From Candidatus Aenigmatarchaeota archaeon (GTDB lineage: Archaea > Aenigmatarchaeota > Aenigmatarchaeia > QMZP01 > JAFGSV01), in assembly GCA_016934325.1 (NCBI GenBank), contig JAFGSV010000028.1, forward strand, positions 556 to 64,555: a DNA stretch of 64,000 nt. The letters run 5' to 3'. Below are positions 47,485-57,241 of the stretch, piece after piece (within the stretch, counting starts at the first letter, position 1; the number at the start of each line of letters is the position of its first letter). Below the pieces are notes generated by a model that worked only from the letters and a program-made list of their open reading frames with translations, was not told where the DNA came from and made no database searches. Position numbers and translations under genes: made by a program.

Positions 47485-48102
47485 TTGGAAAGGATCAAGT
47501 CTGGCGTTCCGGGATTCGACGGGCTCGTGGACGGCGGATTGCCCAAGGGATTCATAGTGCTTGTTTCGGGCGCTCCGGGGACAGGGAAGACCATATTCGG
47601 CCTGCATTTCCTGTTAGAGGGCATAAGGAACGGGGAGCGGTGCGTCTACATAACGTATTCGCAATCGCCAAAGGACATCAGGGACCAGGGCGCCGTCCTT
47701 GGATGGGACCTCAGCACGCTGGAATTCGTCGAGCTGAGACCGGAGGAGTTCGAGGAATCGCTTGCCGGCAAGCGGTACGACAGGATAGTCCTCGATTCGC
47801 TCTCATCCGTGGCCGTCATGACGAGGGATTCCCTGGGACGCTTCATAAGCAAGGTCAAGGAAATCGGGTGCACGGCCTTGCTGATTTCCGAGCTGCCGAA
47901 GGAGACGCAGTGGCTGAGCAGGGACACCATCTCGGAGTTCCTGTGCGACGGGGTCATCGTTCTGAAGTCCGTCGAGGCTGCCGGCGACGTCAAGAACATG
48001 CTCAAGGTCGAGAAGATGAGGTCGACCAAGATAGACCATAAATCCTTCATCTACAACCTGACCGGAAAAGGTTTCGAGCTCAAGACTTACAAGGTCAGCT
48101 GA
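47485..48102 (+). CDS. KaiC/RAD55-like ATPase
   Basis: SGVPGFDGLVDGG, GAPGTGKT, LDSLS, EFLCDGVI, EKMRST; YSQS replaces the EE pair. Confidence 0.88.
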   Translation: MERIKSGVPGFDGLVDGGLPKGFIVLVSGAPGTGKTIFGLHFLLEGIRNGERCVYITYSQSPKDIRDQGAVLGWDLSTLEFVELRPEEFEESLAGKRYDRIVLDSLSSVAVMTRDSLGRFISKVKEIGCTALLISELPKETQWLSRDTISEFLCDGVIVLKSVEAAGDVKNMLKVEKMRSTKIDHKSFIYNLTGKGFELKTYKVS

Positions 48103-48117
48103 GCCAGAAAAAGCTTG

Positions 48118-49323
48118 TCACTCAGGCCTCATCCTTGACTTGAGTATCTTCCCGGCTTCCCTGATGAACTTCCTGACATACTCCCTCTGCAGCAGTATGT
48201 GCTGCTTGGGCAGCTCCAGGATCTTGCCTTCCCTCGACACCTTCCGCAGCTTCTTCAGCTCCTGATAGACGCCAAGGAAATCCTCCGGTATCATGCCCGT
48301 CTTGATGAGTTCCTCCTCGAAGGCGCGCTCGAGGTCCGACATCTCCGATTTGGGAGGGGCCTTGTTTATTGCCTTGAGAAGTGTGAGCGTTGTCTCCCTC
48401 ATGATCGTGTAGGACTTCTCTATTATGTTCTCCCTCTTCATTATCTCTATCTTCACTATCAGCTGCTGCATCCTCTTGACGAACTGCTTCGTCTTCCTGA
48501 TCCAGCTGTCCAGCTCTATGCCCGACATGCTCTGCTTCTTCTTGTGCTCCACGTCCTTCCTGACCTTCACGATCTCCAGCAGCCAGTCGGCGTATTTCGG
48601 CTCCAGCAGCTTCATCTTGCATACCGTCTTCCTGATGGCCTCGGGGGCGTCGCTCGGCCTGGGCGGGTTCTCTCCCAGGAACATGAGCACCGCCTGGGCC
48701 GACTCCAGCATGGCGTAGTAGCAGTCCTCGACGACCATGTATATCTTGGCGTTCTCGACCCTCTTGATCCTCTTGGGGCCCCTCTCTATGTACTTCTCGA
48801 CGGCTTCCTTGCTTGGCTTTATCTCGCCCATCTGGAGAAGCCTCTTGATAGGAAGGAATATGTCCTTGTCATAGACGGGGACTCCCTCCCTGATGAAGTT
48901 GAAGACTATGGGATGGCCCAGCCTGACCATGTTCCAGAACTCGGTGAGCAGATAGGGCTGCTGGACTGACAGCTGGCTGTGTATGTCCTTGGCGATCTTG
49001 ACGAGCTCCCCATCGATCCTGTCCTTGATCATGGGCGTCATCTTCTGCCTCGTGTCGTCGAGGATGACGAACACGTCGATGTCCGATTTGCCCTTCCACT
49101 CCTCCCTGGCGGTGGAGCCGAACAGGACGACGGACCTGACGATCGGGCCGTACTTCTTCAGGACCTGCTTGGTGAACTTCTTGAGGATCTCGATCCTCTC
49201 TTTCTTGTCCTTGACCTCGACTATCTTGTCCTCCTGCTGCTCTTCGGCGGATTGCGCCATTCCCGGAACCTCCTTTAGGGGCGCGGGGGCTTTTCTTCTC
49301 TTGGGCTTATTTTTTGCAGCCAT
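48118..49323 (-). CDS. Minimal nucleotidyltransferase - HEPN fusion protein
   Basis: LFGSTARE...SDIDV; YYAMLESAQAVL and RKDVEH (Rx4H); start re-assigned to 49323. Confidence 0.8.
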   Translation of the reverse strand: MAAKNKPKRRKAPAPLKEVPGMAQSAEEQQEDKIVEVKDKKERIEILKKFTKQVLKKYGPIVRSVVLFGSTAREEWKGKSDIDVFVILDDTRQKMTPMIKDRIDGELVKIAKDIHSQLSVQQPYLLTEFWNMVRLGHPIVFNFIREGVPVYDKDIFLPIKRLLQMGEIKPSKEAVEKYIERGPKRIKRVENAKIYMVVEDCYYAMLESAQAVLMFLGENPPRPSDAPEAIRKTVCKMKLLEPKYADWLLEIVKVRKDVEHKKKQSMSGIELDSWIRKTKQFVKRMQQLIVKIEIMKRENIIEKSYTIMRETTLTLLKAINKAPPKSEMSDLERAFEEELIKTGMIPEDFLGVYQELKKLRKVSREGKILELPKQHILLQREYVRKFIREAGKILKSRMRPE

Positions 49324-49403
49324 TTCCAATAATTGATTATCAATTATAAAAATCAAACCCAAAGAAGTATGCCGATGGCCGGGACAGGGAATTGCCTTGG
49401 GGA

Positions 49404-51242
49404 TTACCTGACTTCCTCTTTCTTGAATATCTCCTTCTTGCCCTTCCTCACGGCGGCCGTGGAGAGCAGGCCCCACTCCTCCTCGGGGACCTCGAACAGG
49501 TCCTTCAGGACGTCGAACCTGTGGTCCATCATTATCTGCTCCTGCCTCTTGACGTCGAACGCCGTCTTCTCCAGGCCGTAGAAATCCAGCGGGAGCTTGT
49601 CAGGGGGTACGTTCTTGTCAAGGTACTTAGCCATTATCTTCAGGGCATCGACGGACTGCCTGAACGGGTCGTCGCCGCCTCCCCTCTCGAATATCAGGTA
49701 CACTGTGTGGCCCGGGGACTTGCCGGCCCCCGCGGTCCTCAGTATCCAAAGCAGCTCGTAGACCTCCGTCTGGCCGAGCTCGACGGGATAATGGGAATGG
49801 AGAGGTGTGGGGTAGGTGCAATGGACGGAGAGGACCATGGATCCGAAATCGGGGAAGTCCTTCGCCATCTTCTTCCCCTCCACCCAGGGGTCGTATCCCT
49901 GCGTGGCCAGGTGCTCGTTGTCTATGGTCAACCACAGGCGATTCGTCTTGAGCACCTTCCGGGTTGTCCTTACAGCCGAATATATCTGCCTGGGATGGGT
50001 GAGCATGTACCTGCCAGCGTACTTAGGGTCCCTGGCGTCCGGTATCTCTATCGTCACCTGAAGCTTCCTGGCAATCTCCTGCCTGTCCGGGTCCCCCTTC
50101 AGCTCGACAGGTATGAGCTTGTTGTCGATCCATTCGAGCAGGGCCTTGATGTGCCCCTCGAGGAACTTGGCTCCGACCACGGCGTAGAAGAACTGCTTGA
50201 ACTCCATGTCGTTCTCCTTCTCGGCCTTGTTCCAGGACCTTATCAGCCAACCGTTGTCTGAGTAGTCTATCTTGTACCTCGCCAGGACGTCCTTGTAGAC
50301 ATCGGCCATGGCCATCCACTGCGGATCCTTCGTGAAGAATAGGTGGTGAGCGGCGATCTTGTACGCGTCGACCAGCCTGCCGTATGTATCAATCCGCCAT
50401 CTCCTGTCCTCGTACTTCTTCTCGGCGAGCTTCTTCCTGACGGCATCGTCCATGAGCTGCCTCCTCTCCTGCGATTCCCTGCGTCCCGATTCCTCGGCCA
50501 CCTCGATGGATATTCTCTCTATCTCCTTCTTCAGCCATTTCTCGAGCCTTATCGCATTCTGCCTGGCCTCTTCCGTCCTCTTCCTGGCGTATTCCTTCTG
50601 CGCTTCCTCCACCTTATCCCTGCCGGGCCTCGCCCTCCTCTCTATCTCGGTCTGGTCCCATATCCTCCACTTGGCGTGGGCCCTCGACTGGGCGTCGTAG
50701 AACTCCTCCTCGCTCAGGATGAACTGCTCGTAGGTGATGTCCCCCAGCTTCCTCATGTTCTCTACGAACCAGTTCCTGAGCCTCGTGTTCTCGTAAAGCA
50801 CCTCGCTGACGAACCTGCCTGCGTGGTCGCACATGGTGATGGTCAGCTTGGTGCCCGTGTAGGTCAGCAGCTCGACCCAGAAGTGCAGGCATGCGTGGAA
50901 AAGGACGTACTTGCATCCCGCGTTGACAGCGGACCGGACGGACTTCTCCATATGGTCCTGGGCGTCCCTCCAGTCCGTCCTCTCGGGCATGGTCATCGGG
51001 ACCGTCAGGCTGCCGTGGAAGAACAGGTCCAGTCCCTGGTTCCTGGATATGTTCCTGAGCTCTATGCCCTCGGTGTAGCTTATCTCGTGGGGGGTGTCCC
51101 CCGATATCTCCATGACGTCGGCCCCTCTCGTCAGCGCGTACCCGATCTTCTTCACTGTGCTCGCCAGGCTGACATCGTGCGCAATGTAGTACAATCCTGT
51201 TGTGACTCCGACCTTGAAGGGCATGTGAGCTCCTCCTTTCAC
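49404..51242 (-). CDS. Xylose-isomerase/AP-endonuclease-like TIM barrel with large helical insertion
   Basis: FHGSL, LFHAC, TIEIPD, IDNEHL, SVHC, HSHYP, IFERGGG metal-ligand-like motifs around a coiled-coil insert. Confidence 0.65.
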   Translation of the reverse strand: MKGGAHMPFKVGVTTGLYYIAHDVSLASTVKKIGYALTRGADVMEISGDTPHEISYTEGIELRNISRNQGLDLFFHGSLTVPMTMPERTDWRDAQDHMEKSVRSAVNAGCKYVLFHACLHFWVELLTYTGTKLTITMCDHAGRFVSEVLYENTRLRNWFVENMRKLGDITYEQFILSEEEFYDAQSRAHAKWRIWDQTEIERRARPGRDKVEEAQKEYARKRTEEARQNAIRLEKWLKKEIERISIEVAEESGRRESQERRQLMDDAVRKKLAEKKYEDRRWRIDTYGRLVDAYKIAAHHLFFTKDPQWMAMADVYKDVLARYKIDYSDNGWLIRSWNKAEKENDMEFKQFFYAVVGAKFLEGHIKALLEWIDNKLIPVELKGDPDRQEIARKLQVTIEIPDARDPKYAGRYMLTHPRQIYSAVRTTRKVLKTNRLWLTIDNEHLATQGYDPWVEGKKMAKDFPDFGSMVLSVHCTYPTPLHSHYPVELGQTEVYELLWILRTAGAGKSPGHTVYLIFERGGGDDPFRQSVDALKIMAKYLDKNVPPDKLPLDFYGLEKTAFDVKRQEQIMMDHRFDVLKDLFEVPEEEWGLLSTAAVRKGKKEIFKKEEVR

Positions 51243-52951
51243 GGCGGCTCGACGCCAGAAAGCTTTCCGAACTGCATCTTAATGAATTTTATGAATGGGT
51301 CCGTCATGGCCGAGCCCATGTACCTGCCGTACATCTTGCTCAGCCTCTCATTCCGAACGGTCTCGTACGGGCCGATCCTCATGAAGTACTTCAGGAAGAC
51401 CCTGCCCTTTGGGACGAAATCGAGCCACCAGTCGTCGAACCTCTTGCCGAAGTTATGCCTCTTGGTCCTCCACTTCTTGACGAAGCGCCTGGTCCCAGCG
51501 AATCGCTTCTTCTCCTCCGGCTCCATGTTGTACCTCTTCTCGACCTCCCTCCGCAGCTTGTCCTCGACCTCGCGGACCCCTATGAGCTCCTTCACGTACT
51601 TGTTCATCCACCTGTGCTTGGCCTCAATCTCGAGCAGCGCCACCAGCACGACGTTCTGCGACACTATGTATGGTGTTATCATGCAGTTCCAGTCGTCTAT
51701 CTCCTCCTTGCCCCCCTCGACCTTGAACAGCGGGCTCTCGATGAGCAGGTGATAGAAGCAGTAGTAGTATCTGTTTGGGTTGAGCCTCGGCTGGGACTCA
51801 TAGAAGTTAGGCGTGTTCCATTTGGGGAGCTCCTCATCCAGGATGATCACGTCGTCGTCCGTGAGGTTCTCCTTCTCCTTCAGCTCCTTGCCCTCCTTCT
51901 TTGTCTTGACGATGCGTATCTCGTATCTCTTCTCGATCTCCTTGGCGTGGCGCCTGACGAAGCTGTCCCATGGCTTTATCTCTCCCACCACGAATCCTGG
52001 CTTCCCCACCTCCTCGGCGGTGAACATCTTCCACATGAATACCCTGACGCCGTAGAATGAGTTGGGCTTAAGCCACGGCATGACTCCCATCGTGAGAACC
52101 TTCGAGGGATCCGACTCCGTGCTCTCCCTCATCATCTTCAGGTTGACGATGTACGGCTTCAGCCATTCCCTGTACTCGTCCACTGACTTCCTCCTGGCAT
52201 CCACCAGCGTCTTGACCCTCGCGTACCTGTCCCTGATGTCGGGGAAGAATATCTTCTCCCACTCTTCAAAGACCTTGTTCTTGGTCTTCAGGACCGTCGC
52301 CTCGGCCTCCGAGATCTCCAGCTTCTTCCTGATCTTCTTCGGGTCGTCCCGGTCCTCCTTCTCTATCGTCGAAAGGCGCAGGAAGTCCGTTATTATCGTG
52401 GGCCAGCGCTTGGTCATGCTTATCATGGAGTAGCCCTCGCCGGTATGGGCGTCCACCCTGTCCACGAACAGGGCCCTGAGGACGTGCTCGTCCTTCTTGC
52501 CTTCCTTGAAGTAGTCGAGGATCTCCCTGTACTTCCTCTCGTCGTGCTTCAGCAGCTCGTAATCGGCGACAGCCTGCGCGGCCGAAGCCAGCCCGGCCTT
52601 CACCTGGCCCTCCAGCTCCTTCTTCTTCGCTATGATGCGCCCGTACATCTCCGGGTGGGAGGGGGAAACCGCGATGCTCTCCTCTATCTTTTCGAAGTTG
52701 TAATGGTACTTGGGCATCGTGTAGGCCATTATGGCGTAGATGAGGTTCCCGTGCCCGAAGGGGGTGGTGGCGTTTATCATCACTGACTGGTCTGGGGGCT
52801 GCTCGCAGATCGCCTCCCCTCCGTTAACTATGCCCTTACCTATCTTGCTCCACTTCTCCAGCCATTCCGTGAAAAGCAGCTTAGGCTCAGACGTGCTGCT
52901 GAGCGTCTTGACCTCGACCTCGGTTTCGCCTGCCATAGTTTCGCCAGCCAT
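51239..52951 (-). CDS. Uncharacterised 570-aa protein with coiled coils
   Basis: Long ORF with core codon usage; stop overlaps the start of the next gene. Confidence 0.8.
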   Translation of the reverse strand: MAGETMAGETEVEVKTLSSTSEPKLLFTEWLEKWSKIGKGIVNGGEAICEQPPDQSVMINATTPFGHGNLIYAIMAYTMPKYHYNFEKIEESIAVSPSHPEMYGRIIAKKKELEGQVKAGLASAAQAVADYELLKHDERKYREILDYFKEGKKDEHVLRALFVDRVDAHTGEGYSMISMTKRWPTIITDFLRLSTIEKEDRDDPKKIRKKLEISEAEATVLKTKNKVFEEWEKIFFPDIRDRYARVKTLVDARRKSVDEYREWLKPYIVNLKMMRESTESDPSKVLTMGVMPWLKPNSFYGVRVFMWKMFTAEEVGKPGFVVGEIKPWDSFVRRHAKEIEKRYEIRIVKTKKEGKELKEKENLTDDDVIILDEELPKWNTPNFYESQPRLNPNRYYYCFYHLLIESPLFKVEGGKEEIDDWNCMITPYIVSQNVVLVALLEIEAKHRWMNKYVKELIGVREVEDKLRREVEKRYNMEPEEKKRFAGTRRFVKKWRTKRHNFGKRFDDWWLDFVPKGRVFLKYFMRIGPYETVRNERLSKMYGRYMGSAMTDPFIKFIKMQFGKLSGVEPP

Positions 52952-52993
52952 AATAAACTATTGACAGCAACAAATAAAATGTTTTGGCACGGG

Positions 52994-53164
52994 TCAGAAG
53001 AATATTAGCGCGGCCCCCACCACGAGAGCGATTAGTCCCATGACCACGCCGCCTATGGCCAGGCTCTCTTCCTGGTGAGTCGAGGAGCTCGGGAAGAAGA
53101 AGACGCAGAAGACCCCGAACAATAAAAGCAATACGCCGCCGCCCAGGCCCCAAAGACCAAACAT
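52994..53164 (-). CDS. Small 2-TM membrane protein
   Basis: MFGLWGLGGGVLLLLFGVFCVFFFP...GLIALVVGAALIFF. Confidence 0.6.
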   Translation of the reverse strand: MFGLWGLGGGVLLLLFGVFCVFFFPSSSTHQEESLAIGGVVMGLIALVVGAALIFF

Positions 53165-53211
53165 ATTTAATATTTGATATGCTATTAATAAAAATAGGGG
53201 TGTGATGTGCC

Positions 53212-53745
53212 GTGCCCGTGCTCGCCAGGATGAAGATGATGATCGAGGAGGAGCTCTATCCTCCCAAGGGCACCGCCAAGGGCTCCCCGAGATCCATACT
53301 GACATACATCGGCCCCGACCCGGGCAAGCTGTACCCGAAGACGAGGGAGTTCGCCAAGGCCGTGTTCAACGCGACCGACGCGGACATCCACGAGGAGATA
53401 TACGACTGGGGCAAGGGGGAGAAGGAGAAGTACAGGGTCAGATTCTACCTGCTCAGGGACCTCGACAAGTTCACCTACTACTTCATAAGGTTCGATGTCA
53501 AGGGAGAGGGGACGGAGAAGTCGGGAAAGGGCTCCGTCACGATCAGGCCCCTGCTCAGGACAGAATACCCCCAGGACACGCTTTGGCAGAGGACCATATT
53601 CTACGAGATGATCAGGGTGTTCTGGCACAGGTTATTCTACCACAACAGGAGAAGGGAGTACATCTGGGAGGGCAGGAACCTGCTGTCTATGCTGCAGTCC
53701 CAGCTCAGGGACTACTTCAAGGAGATAAGGGAAGAGCATGGGTAA
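53212..53745 (+). CDS. Uncharacterised protein (paralog of next gene)
   Basis: GGGGTG SD; YIGPDP...LDKFT...LFYHNRRREY. Confidence 0.75.
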   Translation: MPVLARMKMMIEEELYPPKGTAKGSPRSILTYIGPDPGKLYPKTREFAKAVFNATDADIHEEIYDWGKGEKEKYRVRFYLLRDLDKFTYYFIRFDVKGEGTEKSGKGSVTIRPLLRTEYPQDTLWQRTIFYEMIRVFWHRLFYHNRRREYIWEGRNLLSMLQSQLRDYFKEIREEHG

Positions 53746-54298
53746 GCTTGTTGTCACCGACGAGTGCCTAGTCCCAAGAAGGCTCTCGTGGCTGCACTAC
53801 AGGGGCCCCGACCCGATAGGCTTCATGAAGGACTTCAAGAAGACACTCAGGTTCATATTCGAGGTCTCGACCACGAGGTGCAGGGAGAAGAAGCTGCTGT
53901 GGGATTACACAGGGGACCCCATAAGGTTCTACAACGAATGGTGGCTCCATAAGGAGCTGAGCAGGTTCTCTGAGATGAAGGTTTCTTTCAGGATACTGGG
54001 CTACGTCTCGAAGGGCAAGAAGGACGGCAACTTCAGCCTGGAGATGTACGGGGAGGTCAATCACACTTTCTCCCCTAGCAACTGGTTCACCAAGTACGTC
54101 TGGCTCATCTACAACTACATCTTCTACAACAAGCTCAGGGACAGGTACTCCCTGATGTGCAGGGATTACATAAACAACTACATGAACTGGGTCAAGGAGC
54201 ACTACAACCTCAAGACCGTCGTCACCGCAGAGGACAGGAGGGATTCCTTCAAGGAAGAGGTCGAGAAAGAGGCTCCCCCCGTAGACGAATCCGAATGA
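53738..54298 (+). CDS. Uncharacterised protein (paralog of previous gene)
   Basis: YRGPDP...LSRFS...IFYNKLRDRY. Confidence 0.75.
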   Translation: MGKLVVTDECLVPRRLSWLHYRGPDPIGFMKDFKKTLRFIFEVSTTRCREKKLLWDYTGDPIRFYNEWWLHKELSRFSEMKVSFRILGYVSKGKKDGNFSLEMYGEVNHTFSPSNWFTKYVWLIYNYIFYNKLRDRYSLMCRDYINNYMNWVKEHYNLKTVVTAEDRRDSFKEEVEKEAPPVDESE

Positions 54299-54325
54299 AG
54301 CCTTGCCGGTAATAAAACATTGTTT

Positions 54326-55441
54326 TCAGTTACCAGCAGCTCTGAGCACTTCAGCATGGGGGGCGTCCGTAATCAATCCCGTGGGGGAAAGGTGCGTCCT
54401 GCTGGCCGCGTGCCAGCTATCCCTGAGAATCATCATGACGTCTTCCATCCTCCTGGGCGGCTTCCTCAGCGCCCTGAAGACCCTGGGCAGGTCGTAATAG
54501 AAAGGGACGCATGCCTCGCCAATGCATGTTTCCAGCTCCTTCGTCCGCCCGTAACCCCGCGACCGCAGGTCGTCCAGCATCTTCAAGCAGAAATCCCTGT
54601 CATGCATGGGACCAAGCCAGATCGGTCCGATGATGCTCAATCCCTTTCCGCAATGGGGACATTCCGGCATTATGCGTGCTGCCCTGAACAGGCACGACCC
54701 GCAATATGAAACGAATCCGATTTTCTTGAACTGCGAGGACAGCCCGCTCTTGCTCCGCCTGGCGGCCCCGATAACCCTGAAGTAATGGTTGGAATGCGAG
54801 TAGAGGGGCATGAAGGAGATGTCATGCCTCGCCAGCTCGATCATTATCGCCGTAGTCAGGACCCTTATGCCGGTCTCCTTGAAGAAGTCCGTCTTCACCG
54901 CCCTGATGCCGTACCTCGTGAAGCATGTGCCGGGGAAAGCGCCGCAAAGGGCTCCAGTGTCGGTGGCCGTGCAGGCCAGCATCGACCTGGGCTTGAGCGC
55001 ATGCCCCGCGTTGAAGATGAAGCTGACGGGGGACCCGAACGGGTCGATGTCTATGTAGTCGAAGCGCCTTGGGTTCTCGAGGAAGAGTATATTGGCGTTC
55101 CTGCTCGTCGCCTCGATCCTGATCGACTTCGCAATAGCGTTCCCGCCCATGTTCTTCTTGATCAGGCCGTATGCCCTTGGATTCGCGTCATTGACCGCGA
55201 TGCCGCTTATCCCCGGTACCTCCAAGGCTATCCTGGCGCTGCGCACGCCCGTCCCGGCCAGGGGGTCGCATACCGATAGATCATGCCCGGCCGAGCGCTG
55301 GAAGGCCCTCAGGGCGGACATAGTCAGGTCCCTCTGGTATCCCATCTCAGGGTTGTAGAAGGCCACCGCCTTCCTTGTCAGGGACCGATCCGGAACGAGG
55401 AACGTGGCCTCGCCTTCCTTGATCTCCTTCATGTCAATCAC
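54326..55441 (-). CDS. trm1: tRNA (guanine-N2)-dimethyltransferase Trm1
   Basis: FYNPEM..QRD, LAGTGVRSAR, IDIDPFGSP, TATDTGALCG, GPIWLG, RTH. Confidence 0.95.
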   Translation of the reverse strand: MIDMKEIKEGEATFLVPDRSLTRKAVAFYNPEMGYQRDLTMSALRAFQRSAGHDLSVCDPLAGTGVRSARIALEVPGISGIAVNDANPRAYGLIKKNMGGNAIAKSIRIEATSRNANILFLENPRRFDYIDIDPFGSPVSFIFNAGHALKPRSMLACTATDTGALCGAFPGTCFTRYGIRAVKTDFFKETGIRVLTTAIMIELARHDISFMPLYSHSNHYFRVIGAARRSKSGLSSQFKKIGFVSYCGSCLFRAARIMPECPHCGKGLSIIGPIWLGPMHDRDFCLKMLDDLRSRGYGRTKELETCIGEACVPFYYDLPRVFRALRKPPRRMEDVMMILRDSWHAASRTHLSPTGLITDAPHAEVLRAAGN

Positions 55442-55491
55442 TTCACCCGAAGCTTAAAGAAGAAAATACCGCGAAGCATTACAGAATTGTC

Positions 55492-55752
55492 CTATTCCAA
55501 TATCTCGATGTCCTTCCCGAGGACCTCGCTGGGCAGGCCCTTGCCGAACCTCGCCCTCAGGACGCCGTTCTTGCCGTGCGGGGATGCTATCTTGCCCTGG
55601 ATCTCCTTGCCAGATTTCGATCTCCAGACGACCTTCCTGCCCACGAAGCCCGCCGCGGTGGACCTGCTCGCGACATCCTTGATCGATAGCAGCAGCTGGT
55701 TCGTCTGCTGGACGTGCCTTCCCCTCCGGTAGCTCAAAACCCTGGCTTTCAT
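55492..55752 (-). CDS. rpl35ae: 50S ribosomal protein L35Ae (eL33)
   Basis: YRRGRHVQ...GRKVVW...GKIASPHGKNGVLRARF..GLP. Confidence 0.95.
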   Translation of the reverse strand: MKARVLSYRRGRHVQQTNQLLLSIKDVASRSTAAGFVGRKVVWRSKSGKEIQGKIASPHGKNGVLRARFGKGLPSEVLGKDIEILE

Positions 55753-55830
55753 GCATTACCACCCCGAGGTAAACCCTGAGTAACAATAATTGCCAGGATT
55801 GTTTTTAAATGTTTGCGTTAAATAAGGATC

Positions 55831-56118
55831 ATGAGCGTAAATGGCACGCCCGGGGTAATGCTTATCAGCAAATCGGGCTGGGATGGTGAAAGATTCAATT
55901 ACCTATTTCGACCCACATCTCCCGAAATAGCCGAGAACATACATGGCGGTGTCAATATGACATATAGCCATACCCTGCAGAGAGCCGGAGAAGCGAAAGC
56001 CGCCGGATACGGTATAGTATTCGAAGCCAGTGCATTACCCGAGCCGTGGAAACCCGTTGGCTTTTTTAAAGAACGTAAATTCAGAAAGGACCTCAAGCTT
56101 TCTGTCGGGACTGATTGA
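55831..56118 (+). CDS. Hypothetical protein
   Basis: ORF fills the intergenic gap, TATA-like box upstream. Confidence 0.45.
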   Translation: MSVNGTPGVMLISKSGWDGERFNYLFRPTSPEIAENIHGGVNMTYSHTLQRAGEAKAAGYGIVFEASALPEPWKPVGFFKERKFRKDLKLSVGTD

Positions 56119-56163
56119 AAACTTGAACTGGCGATTTTTTAATAGAAGCCGGCAATTATTCAT

Positions 56164-56619
56164 ATGCTTAACGAGATGCTGATAGTCATAATCACTACGA
56201 TGCTTCCTATCGCGGAGCTGAGGGGCGGAATCCCCCTCGGCCTGGCCCTCGGCCTCCCGGCCTCGATCGTCATCCCACTGGCCTTCACCGTGAACTGCCT
56301 CATATTCTTCCCCATATACTTTGGCATGGACCTCTTCTACGAGCGGTTCTTCGAGAGGTACGGGTGGGCCAGGAGGCTTGTGGAGAAGCTTCACAAGAAG
56401 GCCCCTCGCGTCGAGGAGTACGGAGTAGTTGCCCTGATTCTTTTCGTTGGCATCCCCCTTCCGGTGACGGGCGCATGGACCGGGACCGGCATCGCCTGGC
56501 TGCTCGGGCTCGACTGGAAGATGAGCTTCCTGGCCGTTTGCCTGGGAGTCCTCATGGCTACGGCAATAGTGAGCCTTGTGGTGTTCGGTTTCCTCGGTTT
56601 TCTGACGCAATTATCATGA
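56164..56619 (+). CDS. Small multi-drug export (COG2426-like) membrane protein
   Basis: LPIAELRGGIPLG, LFVGIPLPVTGAWTG. Confidence 0.9.
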   Translation: MLNEMLIVIITTMLPIAELRGGIPLGLALGLPASIVIPLAFTVNCLIFFPIYFGMDLFYERFFERYGWARRLVEKLHKKAPRVEEYGVVALILFVGIPLPVTGAWTGTGIAWLLGLDWKMSFLAVCLGVLMATAIVSLVVFGFLGFLTQLS

Positions 56620-56653
56620 AAGAGAATCCGATTCTCAGATTCGATGATCAGAA

Positions 56654-57241
56654 TCAATATCTCAATATCTTGACATCGTCCGTCCTCAGGTCGAAAACCC
56701 TCGACGCCAGGCCGCCGATCCTGCCCGCGTCGATTACCCAGTCGGTGATTCCCTTTATCTTCTCCGGGATGTCCCTGACGCTGCCGGCGTGCTCCTCACC
56801 GCTGACGTTGACCGACGTGGTCACGAATGGGATGCCCGCTTGCTCGACCAGCCCGGAAACGGGATGGCTGGGAATCCTCACTCCCATCGACTTCTCCCCT
56901 GATACCACGGCCTTCGGAGCGCTGGGCCCTGCCTTCACGATGATCGTGTAGGGGCCCGGCAAGATGCTGTCCGCCAGCTTCTTGTTCGCTGCCGATAAGG
57001 ATGCGTTCTTCCATATCCATCCCTTCCCGGGGGCTATGACCGAGAACCGCTTGCCTGACTCCCTTCCCTTCGCCTCCGCGATCCTGCTGACGGATTCAGC
57101 TCGCTCGGCGTTGCATCCGATGCCGTAGATCGTGTCGGTGGGATAGATGAATATCATGCCATTCCTCATCGCATCGATGGCTTCCCGCCTGACCGGCGGC
57201 TTGCCCAGGACTTCCGACAGCTTGACCACCCTCATCTTCAT
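56654..57241 (-). CDS. tsaC: L-threonylcarbamoyladenylate synthase (YrdC/Sua5 short form)
   Basis: YPTDTIYGIGC, KGR, PGPYT, GVRIP, TTSVNVSG. Confidence 0.92.
   Translation of the reverse strand: MKMRVVKLSEVLGKPPVRREAIDAMRNGMIFIYPTDTIYGIGCNAERAESVSRIAEAKGRESGKRFSVIAPGKGWIWKNASLSAANKKLADSILPGPYTIIVKAGPSAPKAVVSGEKSMGVRIPSHPVSGLVEQAGIPFVTTSVNVSGEEHAGSVRDIPEKIKGITDWVIDAGRIGGLASRVFDLRTDDVKILRY

Noticed and set aside
49392-52786. Long plus-strand ORFs (289, 469, 201 aa)
   Set aside because: Antisense to real minus-strand genes in high-GC3 DNA
52922-52951. 15-bp tandem duplication encoding MAGET-MAGET
   Set aside because: Real but trivial; it only makes the start codon ambiguous
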